A stretch of 61,065 nt of DNA from a virus: the IMG/VR virus record IMGVR_UViG_3300048015_000019, positions 1 through 61,065 of that record, one strand, 5' to 3'. The notes below the pieces were generated by a model, which worked only from the letters and a program-made list of their open reading frames with translations, had not been told where the DNA came from and searched no databases. Position numbers and translations under genes: made by a program. Within the stretch, counting starts at the first letter, position 1. Each line of letters opens with the position of its first letter. Below, one piece after another: positions 34,103-41,513 of the stretch.

Positions 34103-35531
34103 TCGTCGCGGGCTTATGGCTGGCGCTGGCGCGGCAGCGCTCGGCGTATCCCCGGCTTTTGCGCAGATGGCGGGTGGGCCAGTTTCGTGGACGCCCGCAC
34201 CTTATCGCCCACCCGGAAAACTTCTAACGCATATCGGCCGCAAGCTCTGCGTCGTTGGCGATAGCTACGCTGGCCAGAACGGAAACTTCGTCAGCGGCAC
34301 GAACCTAAATAATCTGGGCGCGGTGACGCTTCTCAACATGTTCGCCGGCTGGCCCTTCGTTTTCACCCCATATGACGTATTCGCGACCAATGGTGGTCAG
34401 TTGACGCAGATCATCAGCTACCTACCGGCGATCGTGGCCGGCGGCTACGACTTCTGCGTTGTCCAGGGCTGCCATAACGATTGTTTCAATGGGCGGTCTC
34501 TGTCCGCCATCCAGGCTGATTACAAGACAATCGCCTCGACGTTGCTGGCTGCCAACATTATCCCCATCATCGGCGCCACATCTCCCATGTCGTCTATCTT
34601 GGGCGGCCCAGGCTCGCCTCCGGGTCCGACGCTGGCGCAGTGCGTGCTGCTCGCGCAGAGCACGAACTCTTGGAAACGGAGCTGGTGTGAAGCCAATCAC
34701 CTGCCGTTCTGGGATTGGTACACACCTGCCGTCGATCTCAGCCCCGGTTCGGCCGGCGCATATCCGGTTGGGTATAGCGGTGATCTCGTGCATCCGGGCA
34801 AACGGTCCAACATGGCCGTAGCAAAGCAAGGTCTTGTCGATCTGGCTGCAATCATCCCGCCGCCACTCTCGCGTACAGAAGCTGTGGCGCTGGATATGAT
34901 CGACACGACCTACAACCCTTACGGCAACTTCATGCCGGGCTCTGGGTTGAACTGGTCGGGTGGCGGCACGATTCAAACCGGATCATTTGGCAGCGGCAGC
35001 GTTGCCGCTGGTATGACTTTCGCGAAGACCTATGGCACGGCGACCGCCGGGAACGTCACGTGTAGTTTGGTGCCCGCGTCAGACGGCCTGGGCGATTGGC
35101 AGCAATTCTCGTTCAGCGGCCCTTGGACTGCAGGCAGCAATCAGGAGAAATGGCTGTTCTTCTGCTTCATAAACCAAGCGAACTACGCGCCTGGAGATGT
35201 GTTTGAGAGCGACATTGAGGTATCGGTCGATGCAAATAGCCCTTTCTCTGAGGTTGGGCTGTTCTGCGCCGAGCAGAATAAAGATAATTCGCAGGTCAAG
35301 TGCAATTTGATCGGGCCTGATTCTGAGCCAGGCGTGACCTACGCCTGGTCCGGTGTGATGCGGACGTCACCATTAACCGTGCCTGCAAACAGCGCGACCG
35401 GCTCCGCAGCCCGCATCCTGTTCCCGCAATGCGAGATGATCTTCGACGCCAGCGCCGCCACGGGCAACCCGAACTTTTCGGGGACTGTCTCGTTCCGCCG
35501 CTGGCGGGTCTCCAAAGTGCCCCCATCGTAG
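34095..35531 (+). CDS. Twin-arginine-exported SGNH/GDSL hydrolase with a C-terminal beta-rich domain
   Basis: MIDRRGLMAGAGAAALGVSPAFA|Q is a Tat signal. SGNH blocks: VVGDSYAG, GCHNDC and GDLVHPG. Confidence 0.75.
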   Translation: MIDRRGLMAGAGAAALGVSPAFAQMAGGPVSWTPAPYRPPGKLLTHIGRKLCVVGDSYAGQNGNFVSGTNLNNLGAVTLLNMFAGWPFVFTPYDVFATNGGQLTQIISYLPAIVAGGYDFCVVQGCHNDCFNGRSLSAIQADYKTIASTLLAANIIPIIGATSPMSSILGGPGSPPGPTLAQCVLLAQSTNSWKRSWCEANHLPFWDWYTPAVDLSPGSAGAYPVGYSGDLVHPGKRSNMAVAKQGLVDLAAIIPPPLSRTEAVALDMIDTTYNPYGNFMPGSGLNWSGGGTIQTGSFGSGSVAAGMTFAKTYGTATAGNVTCSLVPASDGLGDWQQFSFSGPWTAGSNQEKWLFFCFINQANYAPGDVFESDIEVSVDANSPFSEVGLFCAEQNKDNSQVKCNLIGPDSEPGVTYAWSGVMRTSPLTVPANSATGSAARILFPQCEMIFDASAATGNPNFSGTVSFRRWRVSKVPPS

Positions 35532-35540
35532 GAGCGTGCC

Positions 35541-36485
35541 ATGTCATTTCGTAAAGCTCTGCTGATTACAGCCTTTGCCCTCCTGACAGGCAACGCACAT
35601 GCGGACTATTGGGCTCCGCAGTCGATCGCCAATCAGCCCATTGCTCAATCAACCTGCCAGACCTTCACCGCCAGCGGCACTTGGACCAAGCTCGGCACAT
35701 CGCATGTCGTCTATGTGTGGGGCGTTGGCGGCGGCGGCGGCGGCAACGGTGCGGTGATGACCGCCAGGCAATCCGGCTCTGGCGGTGGTGGTGGCGGCGG
35801 TGCCGAGATCGCGCACTACTTCCCTCTGGCGTCGTCGCTTTCGTCCACGGTAGCCGTCACAATCGGTGCGGGCGGCGCGTCTGGTCAAGCCGGGGGCATC
35901 ACGTCCTTCGGCGCGATGCAATGGTCCGCTGGCCAAGCAGGCGGGAGTGGCGCGGCGGGTGCGGTTTCTTCCGGCGGTAGCGGGGGAGGCACGCACGGCT
36001 TTCAAAATTACATCATTGCTGGCGCGAACGGCGGATCAGCCAGCGACGTTACTGTCCCGCTGCTGGGCGGCGGCGGTGGTGGGTCGTCTGCGGTGGGCCT
36101 TGCTTACGGGGCATCCCGCATCATCCTCGACGAAGCTGCATCTGGCGGGGGTGCGGGGGGCGGTTTCTCGTCGGGTGCCGCCACCGGCGCCGGTAGCGGG
36201 GGCTATCTCGTCGGTATTTCCTCGGGCGGCGTGCCAACCGGATCGCTGGGCAGCGGTTCGGCGGGCGGCGCTGGCGCAACAGCCGGAACCTATGGCGGCT
36301 TGTTTCCAGGCTGGGGTTCGACCGGGGGCGGCGGTGGGCAAGCCAATGCGGCTGGCAACGGCGGCGCTGGTGGCACGGGCGGCTTTCCGGGTGGCGGTGG
36401 TGGAGGCGGTGGCTCGTCCATCGGCGGCACAGCCGGTTTGGGCGGCACAGGCGGCAACGGGGAGGTTGTGGTATGTCAATGGTAA
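35541..36485 (+). CDS. Exported glycine-rich-domain protein
   Basis: MSFRKALLITAFALLTGNAHA|D. FTASGTWTKLGTSHVVYVWGVGGGGGG is the signature of the glycine-rich domain seen in phage fibre modules. Confidence 0.65.
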   Translation: MSFRKALLITAFALLTGNAHADYWAPQSIANQPIAQSTCQTFTASGTWTKLGTSHVVYVWGVGGGGGGNGAVMTARQSGSGGGGGGGAEIAHYFPLASSLSSTVAVTIGAGGASGQAGGITSFGAMQWSAGQAGGSGAAGAVSSGGSGGGTHGFQNYIIAGANGGSASDVTVPLLGGGGGGSSAVGLAYGASRIILDEAASGGGAGGGFSSGAATGAGSGGYLVGISSGGVPTGSLGSGSAGGAGATAGTYGGLFPGWGSTGGGGGQANAAGNGGAGGTGGFPGGGGGGGGSSIGGTAGLGGTGGNGEVVVCQW

Positions 36486-37048
36486 TCCGCAGCGCTTTGG
36501 CGCTCGCCGCGTTCCTGATCGCCAGCACGGCCCACGCCGCGCCCACGCGATACCTCGTTGTCTGCACCGCGCCATGCACCGCGCCTGACGGCACGACGCA
36601 GCCCGTCGGGACAGCGCTTAACCGCGTGCTGGCCGATCCGGCGCAGTTCAATCCTGGCGATGGGTTGTCGCTGGTTGCGGACGACGGCCGGGCGATCTAT
36701 GCGCCGCCCGCGCCGGCCATCACGCCGGCCCAGAGGGCTGCAGCCACCATCGCGGCTGGCGTGCAGATCACCAGCACCGGCACGCCAGCGCTCTCTGGCA
36801 CCTATCCGGCCGATCCGGCCACCACATCCGAGATCCAGGCCGAGATGATCTCGCTTTTGGTCAATGGCGTGTTCGCGGACGGGGCGACCACGGTGCAGTG
36901 GATCGATACCTCGGGCACGCCGCATACCTTCACGGCGCCGCAGTGGAAGTCGCTCGCGACCGCGATCGGGCAGTTCGTCGCGGCCTGGACCAAATACGGC
37001 CAGGGGCTGACGACGACCGCTCCCGCCAGCACGGCGACGATCCCATGA
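36473..37048 (+). CDS. Exported protein with a DUF4376-like C-terminus
   Basis: MSMVIRSALALAAFLIASTAHA|A. C-terminal QAEMISLLVNGVFADGATTVQWIDTSGTPHTFTAPQWKSLATAIGQFV. Confidence 0.55.
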   Translation: MSMVIRSALALAAFLIASTAHAAPTRYLVVCTAPCTAPDGTTQPVGTALNRVLADPAQFNPGDGLSLVADDGRAIYAPPAPAITPAQRAAATIAAGVQITSTGTPALSGTYPADPATTSEIQAEMISLLVNGVFADGATTVQWIDTSGTPHTFTAPQWKSLATAIGQFVAAWTKYGQGLTTTAPASTATIP

Positions 37049-37302
37049 CCTGCGGCGCGTGCCTGTTCGCGCGGCAACTGGCGCTGAACTGGCTCCTGGC
37101 GCTCGACCGGCTCGGCAACTGCGTCTTATTAGGCGATCCATCCGAGACGATCAGCCAGCGCCTCGGCCGCGCCGAGAACGCTGGAAACCGCATTGCTTGG
37201 GCGGTGTGCCGGGTGCTGAACGTCATCAACCCGGACCATTGCCAATGGAGCCTTGAACCCGGCCCGTCCATCGGCAAGCAACTGTGGAATTGGAACCCCT
37301 AA
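37045..37302 (+). CDS. Small Cys-containing conserved phage protein (function unknown)
   Basis: ATGA-coupled. LDRLGNCVLLGDPSETISQRLGRA...NPDHC resembles a widespread prophage family. Confidence 0.55.
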   Translation: MTCGACLFARQLALNWLLALDRLGNCVLLGDPSETISQRLGRAENAGNRIAWAVCRVLNVINPDHCQWSLEPGPSIGKQLWNWNP

Positions 37303-37366
37303 CCACCCCGACCCGCCGCACGAACGGCCGGGCCGTGACTGACCCAACCGACGAAAGGACGCCGGA

Positions 37367-37438
37367 ATGAGCTTTCGAGACGATGCGCCGAGACCTGCGC
37401 GCATGGAGAATCACGTTTTGCGTGTGAGGGGCGGATGA
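37367..37438 (+). CDS. 23-codon leader mini-ORF coupled by ATGA to the first lysis-region gene
   Basis: AAGGA RBS upstream. Its TGA overlaps ATG 37435. Confidence 0.35.
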   Translation: MSFRDDAPRPARMENHVLRVRGG

Positions 37439-37698
37439 CAGATCTCGAACAACAAGCACGGCACGACCGGGACATGACGGTGGGGCGCCTCGAAGGCCGG
37501 GTGGCGGCGCTCGAAGAACGGGTCAACCGGCGCGAAACGGCAGACGATCAGCGGTGGAAAGACCTGATCGCGTTGGTGAGCGACGTGCGCGACAGCGTGA
37601 CCGGGTGGAAAGCGCAGGAACGGCTTGTGCTGCTGGCCGGCGGCTGGGGCATGGGCGCGATTATGGCCTGGATTGGTCATGTGGTGCTGGGGAAATGA
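37435..37698 (+). CDS. Tail-anchored coiled-coil membrane protein (lysis-associated?)
   Basis: N-terminal heptad-like region followed by a C-terminal TM segment, LVLLAGGWGMGAIMAWIGHVVLG. Confidence 0.55.
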   Translation: MTDLEQQARHDRDMTVGRLEGRVAALEERVNRRETADDQRWKDLIALVSDVRDSVTGWKAQERLVLLAGGWGMGAIMAWIGHVVLGK

Positions 37699-37910
37699 AC
37701 CCGACCGCAGAACAAGTCTATGCGCTTGCTGAAGCGATGGAGCAATTGCTCGATGACATGGGGCCAGATCGGCAAAGCGTGTGCCTGGCCGCTAAAGCAA
37801 AGGCGCACATCGCCTATGAGCCTTTCCGAGAAATGATGGGTGACGAGATGCCAGAATGCTACATGCCAATGGCAGACGCGGAACGGATTATTCAAGAGTG
37901 TGGCGGATGA
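37695..37910 (+). CDS. Small acidic hypothetical protein
   Basis: ATGA-coupled on both sides. Confidence 0.55.
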   Translation: MNPTAEQVYALAEAMEQLLDDMGPDRQSVCLAAKAKAHIAYEPFREMMGDEMPECYMPMADAERIIQECGG

Positions 37911-38326
37911 GCCCGACCGACATTCTCGCCCGTACCATCTGGGGTGAAGCTCGCGGCGAACCATCCGGCGGGATGGAGGCTGTGGCCTGCGTCATCGTCA
38001 ACCGTGCGGCTAACCCCAGGTGGTGGGGCCACGACATCGCCAGCGTATGCCTGGCACCGTGGCAGTTCTCTTGCTGGAACGCCGACGACCCCAACCGATC
38101 AAAACTGATGGCTATCACCGAGGCAGACCCGCAGTTCACCGAGGCGCTGAACATCGCGGCCGCAGCCGTTGCTGGCGCGCTTCCTGACGCCACGAACGGC
38201 GCGGACAGCTATGCCGATCTCCGCGTGTGTCACCCGTCATGGGCAGCTTCGGCTGTGCCTGTGGCGAAGATTGGCAATCACACATTTTTCCGGCTCGAAA
38301 TTCCCGCGCCGGCAACTGGCCACTGA
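37907..38326 (+). CDS. Endolysin, SleB-type cell-wall hydrolase (Hydrolase_2)
   Basis: ARTIWGEARGEPSGGMEAVACVIVNR...PWQFSCWN. Confidence 0.85.
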   Translation: MSPTDILARTIWGEARGEPSGGMEAVACVIVNRAANPRWWGHDIASVCLAPWQFSCWNADDPNRSKLMAITEADPQFTEALNIAAAAVAGALPDATNGADSYADLRVCHPSWAASAVPVAKIGNHTFFRLEIPAPATGH

Positions 38327-38337
38327 AAGGAACCACC

Positions 38338-38580
38338 ATGGACCCGAATGCTTTTGCTGCCCTGATCTCCGCCCTTGCCGGCACGCCTCTGGCGCCCATC
38401 GCCATGTATGCCCCAATTCTCATTGCCGTGTGCGCCGTCCTCGCCGCCGTGCTGCCGGTGCCTGCCGCCGGTAGCCCGTGGGTGCCTGCGCGGAAGCTGC
38501 TCGATCTGGTGGCGTTCAATATCGGTTCGGCGCGCAATGTGCCGAAGGCCGATCCGGCGGCCCCGGCGAAGGCGGCATGA
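38338..38580 (+). CDS. Holin (putative, two TM segments)
   Basis: AAAGGAA RBS. AFAALISALAGTPLAPIAMYAPILIAVCAVLAAVLPV followed by a charged C-terminus. Adjacent to the endolysin. Confidence 0.6.
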   Translation: MDPNAFAALISALAGTPLAPIAMYAPILIAVCAVLAAVLPVPAAGSPWVPARKLLDLVAFNIGSARNVPKADPAAPAKAA

Positions 38581-38831
38581 ACATGACCCATGTCTATGAA
38601 GGCAAACCCGACGGCCGTCAGTCCGACAAGGTTGATGAACCAGTGTCCCGCTTCCGTCCCAAATATCGCGCTCTGACCGAAAGCGAAAAGGCCCTGCACG
38701 ACGCCATCAAAGCCAAAGCTGCGGAACTTGAGGCGCTGTTCGAAACCGTCAAACCCGGCCGGTATCGGTCGCTTGGCATCACCGCACTGGAAGAATCCGT
38801 CATGTGGACGGTGAAGGAACTCACGTCATGA
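38577..38831 (+). CDS. Small helical protein, possible Acb2/Tad1-hairpin-like nucleotide sponge (speculative)
   Basis: YRALTESEKALHDAIKAKAAELEALFETVKPGRYRSLGITALEESVMWTVKELT fits my recollection of the Y..L...E...h..ik...l......R..sLA.T.LEE..MW..K pattern. Confidence 0.35.
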   Translation: MNMTHVYEGKPDGRQSDKVDEPVSRFRPKYRALTESEKALHDAIKAKAAELEALFETVKPGRYRSLGITALEESVMWTVKELTS

Positions 38832-39292
38832 TGCGCAACATCCTCCTCGCCACCATGCTCACGCTTGGCGTCGCCGCCTGCGCCTCCACGCCCTCGCAGA
38901 TCGCCACAGACGCCGCCACGATCGACGCGGGACTGTCCGCCGAGCTGCCCGCCATCGCCCGCCTGGCCGGCATCAACGCGGACACGGTGACGCGGTTGCA
39001 GACGGACCTTGCCACGGTCCATGCGGCTGCCACGGCGCTCGCTGCTGTCACTGTGGGGCAGGCGCCGGTCAGCGCAGTGCAGATCCTCGTGACGGCCGTG
39101 AATGACGCGGTGGCGCTCGCCACGCAGCCGCCGCTCAACGCGCTGATCCCGCCGCAGATCGAGACCGTGTTCGTCGCGGCCCATGCGCTGCTGCCGGCTA
39201 TCGAAGCTGCGGCCGGGCTGTCTGCGGCCACGACCGGCACAACGATGGCGCCGGATGCCGCGCGGCTGGTCCTGATGAGCGCCGCACACTGA
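38828..39292 (+). CDS. Lipoprotein (helical, 154 aa; possible atypical spanin component)
   Basis: Lipobox LTLGVAAC at residues 11-18. ATGA-coupled. Confidence 0.6.
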   Translation: MMRNILLATMLTLGVAACASTPSQIATDAATIDAGLSAELPAIARLAGINADTVTRLQTDLATVHAAATALAAVTVGQAPVSAVQILVTAVNDAVALATQPPLNALIPPQIETVFVAAHALLPAIEAAAGLSAATTGTTMAPDAARLVLMSAAH

Positions 39293-40047
39293 TGGCCGAT
39301 CACAGCGCCATGCGGCTCGGTCTCACGCTGAGCGGCCCCACGCCCGAGGTGCCGCATTTGGATCGGCTCATGGCGCTGGCCTCGCCGCCCGTCCCGCCGG
39401 ATGTGGTGGACTGGACGCACGGGATTGATGGTTGGCCCATGCTGCGCAACGACGAGCTGGGCGATTGCACCGTCGCCGGTCTGCTCCACTACGCCCAAGC
39501 CGCGTCACGCTGGCGGGATGGCACGGGCCTGCGAGCGACTGACGCGGACGCCGAGGCTGGCTACCGCGCCGTCGGCTGGGACGGGCAGGGCGAGGGCAGC
39601 GGCGCCCGCCTGGTGGACGTGATGACCTGCTGGCGTGATGTGGGTTTCGCGTGTGCCGGCAGCGTGGACCGCATCGACAGCTTCATCCGCCTCGCCCCGG
39701 CTTCGCTAAAAACGGCGCTGTGGATCGCTGGCCCGCTCATGCTCGGCCTGTCGCTGCCCATCGCCGCGCAGGTGCAGGACGTGTGGCCCACACCGGCATC
39801 GCTGGACGGCAAAAACACGCCGGACGGTTGGGGTGGCCACTGCGTGCTGCTCGCCGGGCTCGATGCCGATGGACGCGCCAAGTTGGTGACATGGGGCGGT
39901 GTCAAGATCGCAACGGCCGGATGGCTGGCGGCCTATTTGACGGAGGCATGGGCGCCAGTGCATCCCCTCTGGATCGCGCGGGGGCATACGCCGTCAGGGT
40001 GGCTGGTGGATGCTTTGGAGCGAGAGATGGCGGTGTTGGGAAATTGA
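39292..40047 (+). CDS. Papain-like cysteine peptidase-fold protein
   Basis: NDELGDCTVAG (candidate Cys nucleophile) and GWGGHCVLLAG (candidate His). Confidence 0.5.
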   Translation: MADHSAMRLGLTLSGPTPEVPHLDRLMALASPPVPPDVVDWTHGIDGWPMLRNDELGDCTVAGLLHYAQAASRWRDGTGLRATDADAEAGYRAVGWDGQGEGSGARLVDVMTCWRDVGFACAGSVDRIDSFIRLAPASLKTALWIAGPLMLGLSLPIAAQVQDVWPTPASLDGKNTPDGWGGHCVLLAGLDADGRAKLVTWGGVKIATAGWLAAYLTEAWAPVHPLWIARGHTPSGWLVDALEREMAVLGN

Positions 40048-40307
40048 AGGCGCTCACGTATTGCGCCCAATTCGGCCTGCATCGCGACGGGCAAGGTATC
40101 AGGTCCAAATAGATGCTGCGGGCCGGGTTTGATACCGGCTGTTGGCCCCGAATATGCCCACCGATGGAGTTGAACCAAGGATACTGCCAACCACTCTGGC
40201 CGCTGAGCTATCCAACGACATACTCGACTGCGTTTCCTTCAACGCCGCCGCAGCCCAACCGTTTTACCATGTGCCGGCATGGAAGCAAGCTGGGGTTTGA
40301 GGATCGT

Positions 40308-40934
40308 TCAGCGAACCCAACGCGCGACGAGCAAATACGAGTGGTTTTTGCGTGCGTGTTGCTGGGTCTGGTGGCGCATGAGGGGGGTGACGGTCTGCCG
40401 TAAAACGAACTCGTCTTCGACGCGGAATCCGATCATCGGCAGGACGGTCGTAAGCTGCACATGCGTCATCTTCTGCACATGGTCGGCAACGGCGGGTTGA
40501 CACTTGATGAACAGCACGCCTTTGCGTTTCAGCACGCGGCGGGCTTCCAAGATGCCGGCGAGATAGAGCGCCATCACGTTTTCATGGCACATATTCCCGC
40601 CGTTGTCGGCGCGGGATGTCTTGTAGCACTTCTCGACGCTGGCCTTCACGTTGCCGCCGCCGTTCATGTATGGCGGGTCGAATACCAGCGCGTCGAAGCT
40701 GCCGTCTTCGTAGGGCAACCGCGTGAAATCCACGCCAGTTTGCAGATCGGACGGGACGAGATCGAACTCGCCAGGCGGCACGTTCCGCCAGAACACGCCC
40801 TTGCCGTAGGTCACATCGGCCACCCGCGCGCCCGCCGCCACATACATGCGCAGGGCGATTGGGAACAGGTCCGCGTTCGTGCCCTCGTAGCAGGTCAGGA
40901 CCGGGTTAAGCTTGGGCTCAACTGCGTCAAACAT
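40308..40934 (-). CDS. DNA methyltransferase (DPPY; N6-adenine or N4-cytosine), orphan
   Basis: VADVTYGKGVFW (AdoMet-binding-like) and FDALVFDPPYMNGGG. Confidence 0.75.
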   Translation of the reverse strand: MFDAVEPKLNPVLTCYEGTNADLFPIALRMYVAAGARVADVTYGKGVFWRNVPPGEFDLVPSDLQTGVDFTRLPYEDGSFDALVFDPPYMNGGGNVKASVEKCYKTSRADNGGNMCHENVMALYLAGILEARRVLKRKGVLFIKCQPAVADHVQKMTHVQLTTVLPMIGFRVEDEFVLRQTVTPLMRHQTQQHARKNHSYLLVARWVR

Positions 40935-41106
40935 TGTGGTCTGCTTTGGCGTTTTTCTGCGCCTCATCAGCAATGCCGCGCTTGTATGCGTCCTGCATGA
41001 TAGCAGCAAACCAACCTAAGATACGGCTTTGCGCTACCGGGTTGAGAACCCACAGGTTTGTTTTGATGTCCTGGCAGGCATCGTCGAACACGTCTCTTTC
41101 AGTCAT
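40927..41106 (-). CDS. Small hypothetical protein (59 aa)
   Basis: ATG at 41106. Overlaps the methyltransferase start by 8 nt. Confidence 0.45.
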   Translation of the reverse strand: MTERDVFDDACQDIKTNLWVLNPVAQSRILGWFAAIMQDAYKRGIADEAQKNAKADHNV

Positions 41107-41129
41107 ATCAACGCCTTCCGGGGTTTGAG

Positions 41130-41441
41130 TTACGCGGCGACGCGGAAAAGCGCCAGCGCTTGAGCCACATCCTGGAACGAGGCGCGCTTGCCGGCGACCC
41201 ACCACAAAAACCGAACGTGCCGGCGGCGGTAGGCGGTGCGATTTTCCGGCACGATAACCTCGCACTCGACGTCGCCAGCCCGCGATCTCGGATAAGGCAC
41301 AGCGGCCCATGCTGCAGCTTCCGCTTCGGGGGAAGCATAGGGAAACCCAGCATGGAAGGCGCGCACCGCGGTCGCGCGGGCTTTCTTCGCCTCAATCGCT
41401 TCGGCCTGCATCGTCATCATGTCCGTCATCCAAGCCTCCAT
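41130..41441 (-). CDS. Hypothetical protein (103 aa)
   Basis: First gene of the leftward three-gene unit, divergent from 41514. Confidence 0.5.
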   Translation of the reverse strand: MEAWMTDMMTMQAEAIEAKKARATAVRAFHAGFPYASPEAEAAAWAAVPYPRSRAGDVECEVIVPENRTAYRRRHVRFLWWVAGKRASFQDVAQALALFRVAA

Positions 41442-41513
41442 CGTGTCCGTGCTTGCACCCTACTACTGACCCGTGATAGTTTGCAACTTCCAAATCGCGT
41501 GGCGGGAAGTTTT

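Noticed and set aside
35700-36470. Repetitive GGC/GGT-rich DNA that could be mistaken for a tandem-repeat or CRISPR-like array.
   Set aside because: It has no regular repeat-spacer periodicity. It is the coding sequence of the glycine-rich-domain protein. I saw no CRISPR array anywhere in the window.
40150-40225. Candidate tRNA gene on the minus strand, in the 260-bp non-coding gap after the lysis operon. The minus strand reads TGTCGTTGGATAGCTCAGCGGCCAGAGTGGTTGGCAGTATCCTTGGTTCAACTCCATCGGTGGGCA. It has a D-arm-like TAGCTCAGCGGCCAGAGT and a T-loop-like GGTTCAACTCC.
   Set aside because: I could not close an acceptor stem (CGTTGGA has no TCCAACG partner). The anticodon stem does not pair (GTTGG versus CTTGG). 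The T-stem has only 3 bp. It is best read as tRNA-derived debris, perhaps a relic att site, or an unrelated structured RNA. tRNAscan-SE or ARAGORN should be run to confirm.
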